Source: Octopus vulgaris
Lineage: Eukaryota
Assembly: GCA_951406725.2 (NCBI GenBank)
Contig: OX597835.1
Location: forward strand, 43,648,001-43,712,000
Direction: 5' to 3'
Length of the DNA: 64,000 bases
In this document: positions 27,969-43,984 of the stretch, in pieces
How the letters are laid out: every line of letters starts with the position of its first letter
Position numbering within the stretch: the stretch's first letter is position 1
The notes under the pieces: generated by a model
What the model saw: the letters and a program-made list of their open reading frames with translations, nothing else
The model's database searches: none
What the model was told of the DNA's origin: nothing
Translations under genes and position numbers: made by a program

Positions 27969-29090
27969 ATTGTTACGCAATACTGCACCGCCCCCTAAAC
28001 TTCTTTTGGCGTCAAACCCACTGAACTCTTCTCTCCACGCATCCCTAAAGATCCAGAGTCTCCGAGCTCACTTACACCCTACACGTCCCAGCTTGTACCC
28101 CGATCCCACTTATATCCCACACATCTCACTTCATGATCCCCTCATAGCCCCATTTATACTCAAGACATCATCACTTATATCCCGGTTCCAGTCACACCTT
28201 ACCCTAATTAACATGCAAACCACACATTTCGATCCCTTCAGAGACAAATATCTCAACCTCTACTTTTATGGTCCATCTCTGCTGCCCATGTTACACTCTT
28301 TTTTTCACAAATTTTACTCTGAAAAGTTGATAAATTCCACTCACCCCATTTAATTTGGATTCCGCGACAAGGATTTCTTATTACTCTCACCTTTTAAAAT
28401 ACTTACCTGCATCTTTAAATACTTAGCCTTCATCTGCTGCTTTCCAAACTCTACCAACCACCAGCATCCCTGTCTCTTCTACTGTCGAAGTCATATGCCC
28501 TACGTTACTTCTTCCTGCAGTTATTGCTCTTGGTGACTCAACCTTCATTGGTTCATTGCTTTTCTGGCTCTCTCTCTCTCTCTCTCTCTCTCTCTTTAAT
28601 CGAGAATGTAAAAAAGGAGAAAGCAAAGTCTTCCGTGTGAGTATGTGGTTTGTGGGGTCAACCGCGTCCTCCGCTTCATTTTTTTTGTTAATCACTCATT
28701 CTCATTTAATTGTTTGTTTATTCATACGTTTCGTCTCATGCGATACCCTGATCCCAACATTTGTTTTGTCTGTCCCCGTATTGTCCCCTCTTTTTCCCAA
28801 CCTTATGGTGAATAAAGAAATACTCTCTCTCTCATATAGCGAATTCGAATTTCTTTCAGTCTTCAACTCTGTATTCAGTTAGTAGAACCCTTGGCTGATA
28901 TCCAGACATTTCAAATCCATTCTCTATAAAACCATGATCGGTTCTGTACCAACGGGATCGTCCAGTCACTGATGCTGTACATTCACATATTACGTAACAC
29001 AACCCTTCCAGTGGGGGCGCCACCAGTTCTGTATTAGCTTTCGTTCTCAATACATGTGCTTCACCCTTGATCAGTCAGTGTCGTGTGGGT

Positions 29091-29165
<75 letters not shown>

Positions 29166-30447
29166 GCTAGCAAATGAAATCATCCTGTAATGCTTATTTC
29201 TTCACATCCCACACACATCCAAATCTCATAAACCCCAGTCCCTCAAGTGACTCCCTCATAACAATGTTGCAGCAGTCCGAGCCTAGAAAATGGCCAACAA
29301 AACTTATATGGACAACCGACCACTCCTGATAACCAGATGGTTTTTATTCGTGAGCACAACTCCTGCAAAATCATCGGCTGAAACGCAAACCTTCCTTCGA
29401 GCATTGCACAACATGTAAGCCTTTGTATCTCTCAAACCGAAGCCGGTCCTTTTGATGGTTTTGTCAAAAGATTATTTCGAGCGTTGGGCAAAATGCATTG
29501 CAATGTTTGTTTCAGCTTCTACATTCTGAATAGTCAAGCCGGTGTGGCGAATATGTCTGCGTGTTCTCTAAAAACTGCTGGGAAATGAGTAAATCTACAT
29601 CGCCTTTGTTATCTTGCATGGAAATTCTACGAGAATCACTTTGTGCCTGTTAAGGGAGACAACAAGTGTCAACCTTCGGTTGTACAGTGCAAGGGATATG
29701 TTTATTATAAGATTTAGGAGTTTTCTGGCGAATTATGTGCTTCTTTCTAAAGTTGTAAGTAATATTACAGTAAAACAAAATACTCCCCGTTTTTACAACT
29801 GGTACTGCTAATTTCGTTATTTCCTTAAATCGACGAAGTGAGGGAGCTTCGTTTTTACGAACCGTTGCATTACGTTTCACCATCGTACGAGATGCTAAAT
29901 AATCAGATGAGAAATTTTTAAAGTAGAATATTGAAGATAACAAGCAAGTGGTTTGTTTGAGATGTTAGAAACTCTAAGATTTCATTCGGTTTGCTACAAA
30001 AGTGCTATTTGCAAGCACTTAAATCAAATGACATGTTGAAGAAATTAACCATATTGAAACTTGTGTTGATTCTCAATTTTAGGTATTTGTCTTGAAGTAA
30101 CGCAGAAAGTTGTTTTGTTAAAACATTTGCTTGTTTTCCGAGGCCAGTATTCATACTGCGTAAAAACGAGTGACCATTATTACGTTACAGGCCGCTTTAA
30201 AACGATCAAATCTAGTGTGAATTAGATCACTACATATTCACTTTCAAATGGCTGCCTTTCGTAACCGATAACAAATGTGCGATGCATTGGGAATATCTCT
30301 CAGTACAGTCAGACGGTGCCTGAAAGTGAAAACCGGGAACAGTAAACACTCAGCTTCAATTATGCAACTCTATGTCTTGTTTTGAATATGCGCTTGTATA
30401 CAACAGCGTGAACTTTCATTATATATATATATATATATATATACATA

Positions 30448-30738
30448 CTAGCAGTATCGCCCGGCGTTGCTCGGATTTGTAAGGGAAATAACTATATAAG
30501 CATTTTTAGAGAGTTACTTCCCTTATATAATTGCAAAAAGAATGCATTAAAAATGGGAAAAAATGATGGTAAATTTTTTAAAAATCGTAGACTCATCGTA
30601 GACGCGCGCTAATACCCAGAAGGGCTCGATATGAATCACGACTATAAGATACCCGCTTTTGGTTAAACTGCACTGCAAAATGTGGGAGTAGTTAGGAATC
30701 TAAATCGTAGGAGACAGACACTCACACAACTTCACTTT

Positions 30739-30750
<12 letters not shown>
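30448..30750 (-). mobile_element. Non-autonomous Helitron inserted in (TA)n
   Basis: Plus strand CTAGCAGTATCGCCCGGCGTTGCTCGG is the reverse complement of the 3' hairpin-CTAG of 7989-8371; the other end reads TATATAAAAGTGAAGTTGTGTGAGTGTCTGTC. Confidence 0.8.
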
Positions 30751-30797
<47 letters not shown>

Positions 30798-30912
30798 TCA
30801 TTTCCTCCACCATATTCTAAAGAGGCCACTCGTTAGCTAAGCGCTTGAGGACGTGAAACCAAAGGTAAATTCCATAAACCGGCCTATTCTACCTTTTACA
30901 TTGGCTTGGTAT

Positions 30913-30985
30913 ATGCAGCTGATGAAGACTGATCAAATTTACGTTGACAAACGTATTTAAAGAGTCAGAAACCCAGGCACTGCAT
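30913..30985 (+). ncRNA. Type I hammerhead-like motif with extended stem II (probably inactive)
   Basis: Stem I ATGCAG/CTGCAT, core CTGATGA, stem II GACT/AGTC enclosing TACGTT-GACA-AACGTA, GAAAC-CCAG-GCA (GUH triplet changed to GCA). Confidence 0.65.
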
Positions 30986-31160
30986 TATCCGATTCTGGGT
31001 CGTCCATTTATCGAATGTTCTTCCTAGAGGTAAGACAACTTTTTCATGTTTGTTGCACTCACACGTCTTTGCCAGTATATACACAGTGAAGATTTACTAC
31101 AGCGTCGTAAATCTATCGACTGTTATTCACAGTAAATATTGGTGCTTTGTTGTTCCACTA

Positions 31161-31518
<358 letters not shown>

Positions 31519-31902
31519 GTGTTTGTAGACAATTGAAAAGAATAAAATGATAGAATTGTAGTTGCGAGTGGGTCTCCTGGCAACCAATATTTTAGACCCA
31601 GTTCGTCACTGTACATATACATATCACAGCATCCCACTATTGGCCAGACTGCCGAGTGTTGTTATACATCGCTGGTCACAATGCGCATTGTTTTAGCCTT
31701 CGAACGATGCCACGCTGCCGGATCGGCGAGTAGTCCCACGTTCCCCCCTGATCGGAAGGACATTCCGTCTTAGGTTTGCAGTTTAACAGCCGAGTGGGCC
31801 GCAGCAACGTGGCATGAAGTGTTTTGCTCAACAACACAATATAAGCGCGCTACATACACACGCACACACACATACATATAATGCATACATACACAGACAG
31901 TT

Positions 31903-32108
31903 TTTTTTACTTGTTTCAGTCATTTGACTGCGGCCATGCTGGAGCACCGCCTTTAGTCGAGCAACTCGACCCCGGGACTTGTTCTTTGTAAGCCCAGTAC
32001 TTATTCTATCGGTCTGTTTTGCCGAACCGCTAGGTGATGGGGACGTAAGCACACCAGCATCGGTTGTCAAGCAACGCTAGGGGGACAAACACAGACACAC
32101 AAACATAT

Positions 32109-32185
<77 letters not shown>

Positions 32186-32352
32186 CATACATATATACGA
32201 CAGGCTTCTTTCAGTTTCCGTCTACCAAATCCACTCACAAGGCATTGGTCGGCCCGGGGCTATAGCAGAAGACACTTTGCCCAAGATGCCACGCAGTGGG
32301 GACTGAACCCGGAACCATGTGATTGGTAAACAAGCTACTTACCACACAGCCT
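31903..32352 (-). mobile_element. SINE family A, full length with expanded internal (CA)n(TA)n
   Basis: Collinear with 1-329 and 10243-10657. Confidence 0.85.
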
Positions 32353-32930
32353 CTCCTTCGATTACAATCCATCCTCATCCACTTGGCATCCACCACTACA
32401 ATCGTCAAACCTCCTCTCCCTGCCCCCTCCTTCACAGTGCTCTCAGAAAGAACTCAACCACGCTTGTCTTGTCTTAGAATACCATTGATCGAAACGTCGA
32501 TTGTCAGTTAAACGTGCACAAGAGATGCTTTTGTTTCTCCCTCACGTCTACCGACAGACATGAAATTTTTTAATTATTGAGTGTATATAGTAGGCTTTGC
32601 TAATCATTATCACAGCGATAATCGTTCTTCGGTTAATTAATTGAGACATTTTGTTGCAGTAAACAGTTTCTTAAAAAATATTTTTCTTTTTCTATTTTCC
32701 AATGCCACTAAACATCTAACTGCGCCCCAAGTGACAGCGTTGTAGTTTCTTTGTGTATGTATGTATTTAAGTATGGATGTGGTTATGTGTGTGGTTATGT
32801 GTGTGTATGTGCATACGTATAAAATATATGTATAACAAATCGTTGGCTTATACACATACGCAGATGTGTCTATGTGTGTGATGTGTCTTTGTGTCTGTAT
32901 GTGAAATGTACAAATAAACATATACAAATT

Positions 32931-33111
<181 letters not shown>

Positions 33112-33152
33112 ATGTGTGTATATGTATACATACATATAAACACACACACACA

Positions 33153-33232
<80 letters not shown>

Positions 33233-34118
33233 CATTCTCCTTGTCTCTGTCTGACTGTCTGTATATGCACACAAATGTGTGTGTGTGTGTGTGTGTGTGT
33301 TTGTATAATTGTGCATTTATGTGTACGAGCGTGGAAGTGTGTGTGTGTGTATGTGAGAATGAATGAATGTCATTGTACGTATGTATATGTGTGGATTAGC
33401 GCGAATGCATGCACATGCGCGCGCATATGTGTGTGTGTGTGTGTGTGTGTGTGTTCGCGTGTGTGTGCGTGCGTCTGTGTGTGTGTGTGTACATCGTATT
33501 TCCTTCTATCCTCGAAATTCTTTCTCAATATTTGGCCCTCAAGAAAACACAACCGCGACACAGAGGGCGGCGCAGTAATGCGGGGGGCAGCACGGATCGG
33601 TGGTGGTGGTGATGGAGGAGGCGATGCCATTGAAAACATAGTAATTATCAAAAGACTAAGAAGTAGAACTCCCGAAAGAATGGTAATTTACTTCAATTGT
33701 TAATGATTTTTTTTATCTAATGATGACTTTTTTTCTTTTATTTTATCGATTTATTTATTAATTGATCCCCAACTTCTTATCTTCCCCGCTTTTTTTTTCT
33801 TAATTTTTTTTTTTCATTATTTTCTTTTTTTTTTGATTTTGTCTTGTTTTTTTAAGGTTTCAGCAATTTGTTGGTGTCAATCTTCAGGCGAAGTCGGTTC
33901 TTGGCGAAACGTTTATTCCACGAGGAACGCAACAACGCACGCAAGTGATGTGTCTTCATGGTTTCAAACATATCTGTATATGTGCATGTGTGTGTGTGTG
34001 TGTGTGCATATATATATATATGTATATACACATAATATATATATATGCATATGTATATATATATGTATATATATATGTATACATATATATATATATATGT
34101 GTATACATATATATATAT

Positions 34119-34167
<49 letters not shown>

Positions 34168-34858
34168 TATATACATACAAACATATATACATACAAACAT
34201 ATATACATATATATATATACATTTTTATATACATGTATGTATATATATATATATAGGTATATATATATATACATATATATATATATACACACATATATAC
34301 ACACACATACAAGTATGTATATACTTATACACACATATAAAATGATTATATATATATATATTTACATACATACGTACGTATACGTGTGTGTATATCGAAT
34401 CTTCTGATCAAAGGGATGGAAATTTCCAACTAATTTCACCTTCATCCTAAATTACGCCAATATCACACCTTCAACTCCCTCTCCCTGTCTCCTTTTCTCT
34501 CTCTCCCCCTTTCTCTCCCCCCTTTCTCTCTCTTTTCAGTATCTTCTTTATCCAGACGCCTACCTACAACAACACCAAACACACAAGCAAGCTACCAATT
34601 ATATTTGCCCAACCGATCCTGTACTAATTTTAGCCAATCCTACCATGACATCGACTGTGAAAACTCCCAAAATGAAAGAAACGCAAGAAAAAAACACAAA
34701 CAAACAAACAACCAAACCAAAAAATAAACCACAACGAAAATCCAAAAACAAAAACAAAAAATCCAAGGAAATAATTTGTTGCATTGTTATTTTATATATA
34801 TATATTTATTTTTGTTTCATTTGCTTCTTTTCCCACTCATCTTCGTTCCTCCTCTTCA

Positions 34859-34925
<67 letters not shown>

Positions 34926-35073
34926 ACTACTACTACTACTACTATAACTACTATTACTGCTGCTGCTACTGCTACTATTACTACTACTACTACTTCTACT
35001 ACTACTACTACTGCTGCTGCTGCTACTACTACTACTACTACTGCTGCTACTACTACTACCACCGCCACCAGCA

Positions 35074-35120
<47 letters not shown>

Positions 35121-35349
35121 GCCACTGATGATGATGATGATGATATCTAATTGCCGTAGAAGACCAGAAAATTGAAAGGAGGAAAAGGCAATTCGATCTC
35201 ATTGACTGGTATTTCATTCTATCGACCCAGAAAAGAAGAAAAGGTAAAGTGGACCTCGGCGAAATTTGAACTCAGAACTTAAAGAGCTGGAACAGAAATA
35301 TACCCTGCTAAGCGCATCGTCCAATGCGCTAACGGTTCAGTCAAGTCGC

Positions 35350-35502
35350 CTTCTTCTTCTTCTTCTTCTTCTTCTTCTTCTTCTTCTTCTTCTTCTTCTT
35401 CTTCTTCTTCTTCTTCTTCTTCTTCTTCTTCTTCTTCTTCTTCTTCTTCTTCTTCTTCTCCTTCTTCTTCTTCTTCTTCTTCTTCTTCTTCTTCTTCTTC
35501 TT

Positions 35503-35533
<31 letters not shown>

Positions 35534-35805
35534 TTTTTCTTCTTCTTCTTTTTCTTCTTCTTCTTCTTCTTCTTCTTCTTCTTCTTCTTCGTCTTCTTCT
35601 TCTTCTTCTTCTTCTTCTTCTTTTTTCTTCTCCTTCTTCTTCTTCTTCTTCTTCTTCTTCTTCGTCTTCTTCTTCTTCTTCTCCTCCTCCTCCTTGTTGT
35701 TGTTGTTGTTGTTGTTGCTGTTGTTGTTGTTGTTCTTCTTCTTCATCTTCTTCTCCTCCTCCTCCTCTTCCTTGTTGTTGTTGTTGTTGTTCTTCTTCTT
35801 CTTCT
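35350..35805. repeat. (CTT)n compound microsatellite between two SINE-B copies (35185-35351 and 35808-36017, both minus strand)
   Basis: Direct reading; both flanks contain ATCGACCC..AAAGG..AAGT..ACCTCG..TTYGAACTCAG. Confidence 0.9.
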
Positions 35806-36207
35806 TTCAAATTTCGGCACAAAGCCAGCAATTCTAAGGGGTTGGAGTAAGTCGATTGCACCGACCTCAGTATTTCTCTGGTATTTATTTAATCGACCCC
35901 GAAGGGGATGAAAGGCGAAGTCAACCTCGATGGCATTCGAACTCAGGACATGAAGACGGACAAAAACATCGCTAAGCATTTTGCCCCGGCGAACCAGCAT
36001 TTCTGCCCAGTCGCTGCCTCCTCCTCCCCCTCCCCCTCCCCCTCCCCTCCTCCTGATTCCCTCCTCCCCTCCCCCCCTCCTCCTCCTCCTCATCATCATC
36101 ATCATCATCATCATCGTCGTCGTCGTCGTCGTTGTCCATTCTGGTCTCCACTGTCATCGATGACGTCGTCACCATCAACGCTACCATCATGACAATGATG
36201 ATGGTGG

Positions 36208-36242
<35 letters not shown>

Positions 36243-36517
36243 CAGATGACGAGCCGCATCGTCATCCCACCACCACCACCACCTCTAGCATGATGATCAT
36301 CATGATCATCAGCATCATCGCGCCCTCCAAATATAATATCGAGATATTTATTTCCGTCGCATTCGTTCCGTGGACAAAAAGAAGAAGAGAAACGGTCGTT
36401 GATGAATTGGAAAGAAAACAAGCGAAACCTGTTGACCACACATAAATCTGCTACGGCCACAGGATTCCTACATACATACGTACATACATACACTAGCGAT
36501 TTCGCCAGCTCTCTACC

Positions 36518-36580
<63 letters not shown>

Positions 36581-36739
36581 CTAATAATAATAATGATAAT
36601 AATAATAATAATAATAATAATAGTAGTAGTAGTAATAATAATAATAATAATAATAATAATAGTAGTAGTAGTAATAATAATAATAATAATAATAGTAGTA
36701 GTAGTAATAATAATAATAATAATAATAATAGTAGTAGTA

Positions 36740-36804
<65 letters not shown>

Positions 36805-36815
36805 TAATAATAATG

Positions 36816-36856
<41 letters not shown>

Positions 36857-36914
36857 AACAATAATAATAATAATGATAATAATAATAATAATAATAATAG
36901 TAGTAGTAGTAGTA

Positions 36915-36950
<36 letters not shown>

Positions 36951-36998
36951 GTAGTAGTAGTAATAATAATAATAATAATAATAATAATAGTAGTAGTA

Positions 36999-37042
<44 letters not shown>

Positions 37043-37053
37043 TAATAATAATG

Positions 37054-37128
<75 letters not shown>

Positions 37129-37182
37129 GTAGTAGTAGTAATAATAATAATAATAATAATAATAATGGTAATAATAATAATA

Positions 37183-37238
<56 letters not shown>

Positions 37239-37447
37239 CCTTTCTGCTATGGGCATAAGGCCTAAGATTTTGGGGTAGGGGATAGTGGATTACATTGACT
37301 TCAGTATTTCACTGGTACTTATTTTATCGACCTTGGAAGGATGAAAGTCAAAGTAGACATCGGCGGAGTTTGAACTCAGAACATAAAGAGAGACGAAATG
37401 CCGCTACGCTAACGATTCTGCCAGCTCGCCGCCTTAATAATAACAAC

Positions 37448-37534
<87 letters not shown>

Positions 37535-37664
37535 AACAATAATAATAATAATAATAGAAATGATGATAATTATAACAACATCCACGATTATGAAGACGAA
37601 AATAATAATGCTAATAATAATAACAACAACAATAATAACAATAATAATAATAGTAGTAGTAGTA

Positions 37665-37698
<34 letters not shown>

Positions 37699-37937
37699 GA
37701 GTAGTAGTAGTAGTAATAATAATAATCATAATAATAAGAATAGTAGTAGTAGTAGTAATAATAATAATAATAATAGAAATGATGATAATTATAACAACAT
37801 CCACGATTATGATGAAAATGATAATAATAATGCTAATAATAATAACGATATTAATAATAATAATAGTATTAGTAGTAGTATTAGTAGTAGTAGTAATAAC
37901 AATAATAACACTAATAATAATGGTAATAATAATAATA

Positions 37938-37981
<44 letters not shown>

Positions 37982-38082
37982 AATAATAATAATAATAATA
38001 ATTATAATAATAATATCAATAATAATAACAACAATGATGATGATGACGATGGTAATGATGATGATGGTAATGATGATGATAA
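36518..38082. repeat. (TAA)n/(TAG)n/(TGA)n compound microsatellite split by a SINE-B copy (37238-37434, minus strand)
   Basis: Direct reading; AGAAATGATGATAATTATAACAACATCCACGATTATGA is duplicated near 37556 and 37775. Confidence 0.92.
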
Positions 38083-38180
38083 TAAAGAAGATGTAACTAT
38101 GAAAACTAATGACAAAGCTGTATTGGAAATGTTATTCTGCATTTATTATAAAGAAAGATGTGAAAGTTATTGACCAATTT

Positions 38181-38219
<39 letters not shown>

Positions 38220-39066
38220 AAATCTTGAATAAAAGACAAGCTGAAAACAATGCGAAGTTGCTTGAGGCAATCAATTGTATGTACCCTGTTAACTTCCAAT
38301 TATATATAGAAGAAAAAAACCAACAACAACTTTGCATTGCGTATCATTATTCATTTTCTCTTCTTATCTGTTGGATCAGCTCCACGCACATTGCATTATC
38401 TCGTTGAGTAACGGTACATATTATAAGAAAGTGCCATTGTTAACGCATAATAATATATTGCATGATGTGTAAAATACTTTAAAGCGAAAAAAAACTGATG
38501 CGAATGGTAGAGCTTTCGCTGCTTTTCAGTAGCGAATGAAGGAGCTTCTCTGCGTACGCTCGATCTGCGAGAAATAGCAGCCAGCCAGACGTCTCTCAAA
38601 TAACGAAAGAGAAAACAAGGGAAAGAGAAAACAAGGGAAAGAGAAAACAAGGGAAAGAGAAAACAAGGGAAGAAGGAATATAATGTAGTTCTAGATACAC
38701 CGTGTTTGAAGAAAATAAGTTTAGATGGTCATGACTGGAACCACTGTTGATCGTGTGTTTTTTTAATCAGGTCTGGTCACAAGGGTTCAACAACATCAAC
38801 AACAACAGCAGCAGCAACAACATCAACAGCATTAGCATCACCACCATCAACAAAAACAACAACAACAACAACAACAACAACAAAAACAACAACAGCAGCA
38901 GCAACAACAAGAACAAAAACAAATACGAAGAAGTTTGCACTAAATAACGCAGTCCTAGATATGCTATGTTTGAAATAAAAGACGAGATGGTCACAGCTGG
39001 AATGCCTTTAATCATTCGTTAGTATATTGAACCAGGAGTGACTACGATATCTAAACATCGACATAT

Positions 39067-39609
39067 ACAAAACAATATGTACAAAGAAAGATCTTCATCT
39101 GCGTAAAACGATGTTGTGCGTATGGTGGGACTGGGAAGGGATTATCCATTACGAATTGCTTGAACGGAACCAAACGGTCAACGCGGAACTCTGTTCAACA
39201 GATGGAACGACTCAACACGGATTTCTTCTGCTGCACTACAACGCCCGCCCTTATATCACGAATATCACCAAGGAAGCCATTCAAACGCATGGCTGGGAAG
39301 TGCTGCCACACCCGCCGTACTCTCCTGATTTGGCACCAACGGATTTCCACCTCTTTCGATCTCTTTCAAATGCTATGCAAGAAGTTTCATTCAATACTGA
39401 TGCAGTATTGAGAACTTGGATCAATTTTTCGAGTCGAAATCGGGTGATTTCTACCAAGGAGGTATTGAAAATCTTGTTGAACTTTGGGAAGAAGTTGTAA
39501 GCAACAAAGGTGAATACATTATTGATTAATTAGTTGTTATTTTTTATTAAACCTTTTAAAAAATTTATATTAAAAAAAAAACGGCGGGAACTTAGTTGCC
39601 AACCAAATA
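39067..39609 (+). mobile_element. mariner (Tc1/mariner) transposon 3' fragment with right TIR
   Basis: MLCVWWDWEGIIHYELL, LLHYNARP (HDNA motif), HPPYSPDLAPTDFHLFRSL; ends AAAACGGCGGGAACTTAGTTGCCAACCAAATA, a mariner-type TIR. Confidence 0.9.
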
Positions 39610-39665
39610 GAAGACCGAACCTGGAACCATGTAGTTATGAAGCAAACTTCTTACTACACAGCCAC

Positions 39666-39910
<245 letters not shown>

Positions 39911-40002
39911 TATTGTTATATTTCGGAATGGTCATACTGCCAGTTTAGCCAATAAAAACACTTCACATAAAAAATCTTGCACAACAAATATTTAAACATA
40001 TA

Positions 40003-40066
<64 letters not shown>

Positions 40067-40410
40067 TATATTTTATCATTAATTAAAATCACAGGGTAGC
40101 AAGAATATTCATCGAAAAATTCTTAGTTACAAGTGGTCTAGCAAGAAAGAAAAAATTAGTCAATAGACCATATATTATTCAGAGAATACAGTGTACGTTC
40201 AAACACAAAAGAGATACCCGAAGATTAAGGTAAAAGTTTTTATTTTCCAATCACTTTCGGAATTACAACAATTGGTGGCTTGGAGTTTTAACTGCTCTTT
40301 CTAGCGAGTCAGATATCCTATTCTTCGGGTATCTCTTTTGTGTTTTTTAATATATACAGATATATATATATATATATATCTGTATATATGTATATGTATG
40401 AATATCTATA

Positions 40411-40488
<78 letters not shown>

Positions 40489-40641
40489 AGACGGGCTTCT
40501 TTCAGTTTCCGTCTACCAAATCCACTCACAAGGCTTTGGTCGGCTCAAGGCTATAGTAGAAGACACTTGTCCAAGGTGCCACGCAGTGTAACTGAACACG
40601 AAACCATGTGGTTGGGAAGCAAGCTTCTTACCACACAGCCA

Positions 40642-40737
<96 letters not shown>

Positions 40738-41245
40738 TTAGAAGAAATGAGGTACTCAGAAATCTTGGTGGTTTTATATTTACAGATATTTATTAGTATG
40801 TTACATGTTTTTATAAATCATATATCATATATATAAGCGCTTTCGTCCACTCTAGTGGAGTTGTCAAATTGAACTTTTGAAGTCATTTTGTCTCTTTTTA
40901 TAGTATTATTGAGTATGTAGGGGTAGAGAGAGATATAAGATAGTACAAGAGGGCGAGGAATGGGGAGGAAGTGGGAGAGAGAGTGTGTGCGTGTGTATGT
41001 GTGTGTGTGTGTGTGTGTATGTGTTTTTGTATCTGAAAGAGTGTTAAAGAAAATGAGAAGGAAAGGAAGAAGAAGGAGAGAGAGAAGAAAAAAATTGTTA
41101 TCTTTGCAGCTGGTCAGACTTTCAATAGTAAATGATTCTTGGCTTTTAGAAATGGCAAACCCAGCTGGTCACTCCAAGGGGGGCAAAATGTCACTTTTCA
41201 AAAAACTGTCTGGATTTCTTTTTATCATTGTTTTGTGATATATAT

Positions 41246-41287
<42 letters not shown>

Positions 41288-41626
41288 GACGAGATATATA
41301 TATATACGACGGGCTTCTTTCGGTTTCCGTCTAGCAAATCCACTCACAAGGCTTTGGTCGACCTGACAAAGTTTCAGTTAAATGAAATTTGTGCCGCAGT
41401 GAAATTACTATAGGGCTTCTTGCACGATAATGCATTAAGAAGAAAACTAGGAGGCAGGTCACATTCTGTGAGATTTGCTAGAAATCGCAATCAAATCTGC
41501 CCCTCAAAGTACACTTACCATCTTAGAAGAAGGACGTTGAATAATATGGCCTGTGGCCTGAGATTGATAGTAGATGAAATTGGATGGTCATGGCTGGAAT
41601 GCCTTTAATCTCTCTCTCTCTGTGTA

Positions 41627-41700
41627 TACAGTGATCCCTTGACTGTCGCGGGTGTTACGTTCCAAAAACCCCTGCAATAGGTGAAAATCCCCGAAGTAGA
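41627..41700 (+). mobile_element. pogo/Tigger-like terminal fragment
   Basis: TA-CAGTGATCCCTTGACTGTCGCGGGTGTTACGTTCC resembles CAGT-starting Tigger TIRs; the matching end was not found. Confidence 0.45.
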
Positions 41701-41717
41701 ATCAGTACTGTACTGTA

Positions 41718-42232
<515 letters not shown>

Positions 42233-42415
42233 TTTGAATATATTTAATATATATATATCATAGCTCTCCGTCTCTATCTCTCCGTTTTTCTCTCTACCTC
42301 TGCGTCTCTCTCTTCTGCCTCTCCACCTTTCTCTGTGTTTCTTTTTCTTTTTCTTATCTCTCATTCTCTCTCAACCCCCCTGTCTCTTTCTTACTCTCTC
42401 TCTCTCTCTCTATAC

Positions 42416-42485
<70 letters not shown>

Positions 42486-43771
42486 GTCTCTCCGTCTCCC
42501 CGAGTCTCTCTCCCTTTTCTCTTTCTCTTTCTAATGTGGACCCAGCTTCCTGTTCAAATATCCCTGACTGAAAAAAATCGTTAACAAATAAGTGGGAGAG
42601 CGTGAGTGAGAGAGGAAGAAAGAGGAAAAAGAGGACCGAAAAAAACCCAAAAAACAACGGACCCTAACAGACAAACAATTAAATTAAATACAATTAAATT
42701 AAATAACTAAATGCAAGAAAAAATAATAATCACAAATAAGAAGCAAAATAGCCGCGAAAATGTTTTCCACGCTCATTCTGAAATATTAGAACAATCCAGA
42801 TAGAATTTGTAATCTCCAGACATCTTTTAAAGCATTCTACTTTCGCCTCTTCTCATTCTTCCTCTCTTACACTAGTTTCTCGATATCGTTTCCATTGTCA
42901 TTTCTGTCAACGCGAAAGTTATTGATAACTCTTCTTTAAGATTAACTATCTTGGGTCATCAATTTTACGATGATGAAAATAGACCAACATTGAAAATATC
43001 CACACAATTGGAAACGTTAATATAAAAATAATAGAGAAATAACATATCTATGGAAGCACAGTGGAATCAGAAATACAAACAATTATACAATTTTCGAAAA
43101 CCAGATTTAGTCTTTTATATTGTTTATTTTTCGTTTTGTTTCAGGAAGTTCAAAGGGCATTTCGGGGTTATCAATTTTGCGATAATGAAAATAAATCATT
43201 ATTGAAAATACTATAACATTTAATGGGATTTCTTCTTTATTTCCGTTTTGCGCTTCTTTATTTGCATACCGGGAGCTTATCTATTTTATTTTTCTATGAG
43301 AAGTGCTTCGTGGCCACCTTACTTAACCTTTTATTGTTTATGGATAAAGGGATGCATTGTGAGTAGCGCCCCTTACGACACTTCTCACAGCGCAACATAA
43401 CTGATTCAGAGAAAGATGGAGAAAAAGGCACCCCCCACACTCACACGCGCCCCCCCACACACGCCCAGAATAATCGAACCTACGACTTGGTTGGTCCTTT
43501 ATTTGTCAACACCCGGAAGGATGACCTCGGCGGGATTTGAACACATAGCTCATATGGTCAGCAAAAACACCGTGCGGCATTCTGTCCGGTTCTGTAACAA
43601 TTCTACCAATTTTTAGCAATTGAAGAACTTGCTAAAAGTAAAAATAATATGCACATACACGCACACAAAGTATTTCCCTTATAAATATATTATATACGTA
43701 CGTACGTACATACATACATTCATGCATTCATACATACATACATACATACATACATACATACATACATACAT

Positions 43772-43982
43772 AGCTGGCAGAAACACTAGCAGACCGGGCG
43801 AAATGCGTAACCGTATTTCGTCTGCCGTTACGTTCTGAGTTCAAATTCCGCCGAGGTCGACTTTGCCTTTCATCCTTTCGGGGCCGATAAATTAAGTACC
43901 AGTTACGCACTGGGGTCGATATAATCGACTTTGTCCTTGTTTGTCCCCTCTATGTTTAGCCTCTTGTGGGTAATAAAGAAAT
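43772..43982 (+). mobile_element. SINE family B within a (TACA)n tract
   Basis: GCTGGCAGAAAC ... GAGTTCAAATTCCGCCGAGGTCGACTTTGCCTTTCATCC ... GTGGGTAATAAAGAAATA. Confidence 0.85.
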
Positions 43983-43984
43983 AT

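Noticed and set aside
34560-34700. Possible minus-strand micro-exon (CAG|TCGATGTCATG|GTAGGA)
   Set aside because: The splice signals are short and the pyrimidine tract is low-complexity; unsupported without RNA data
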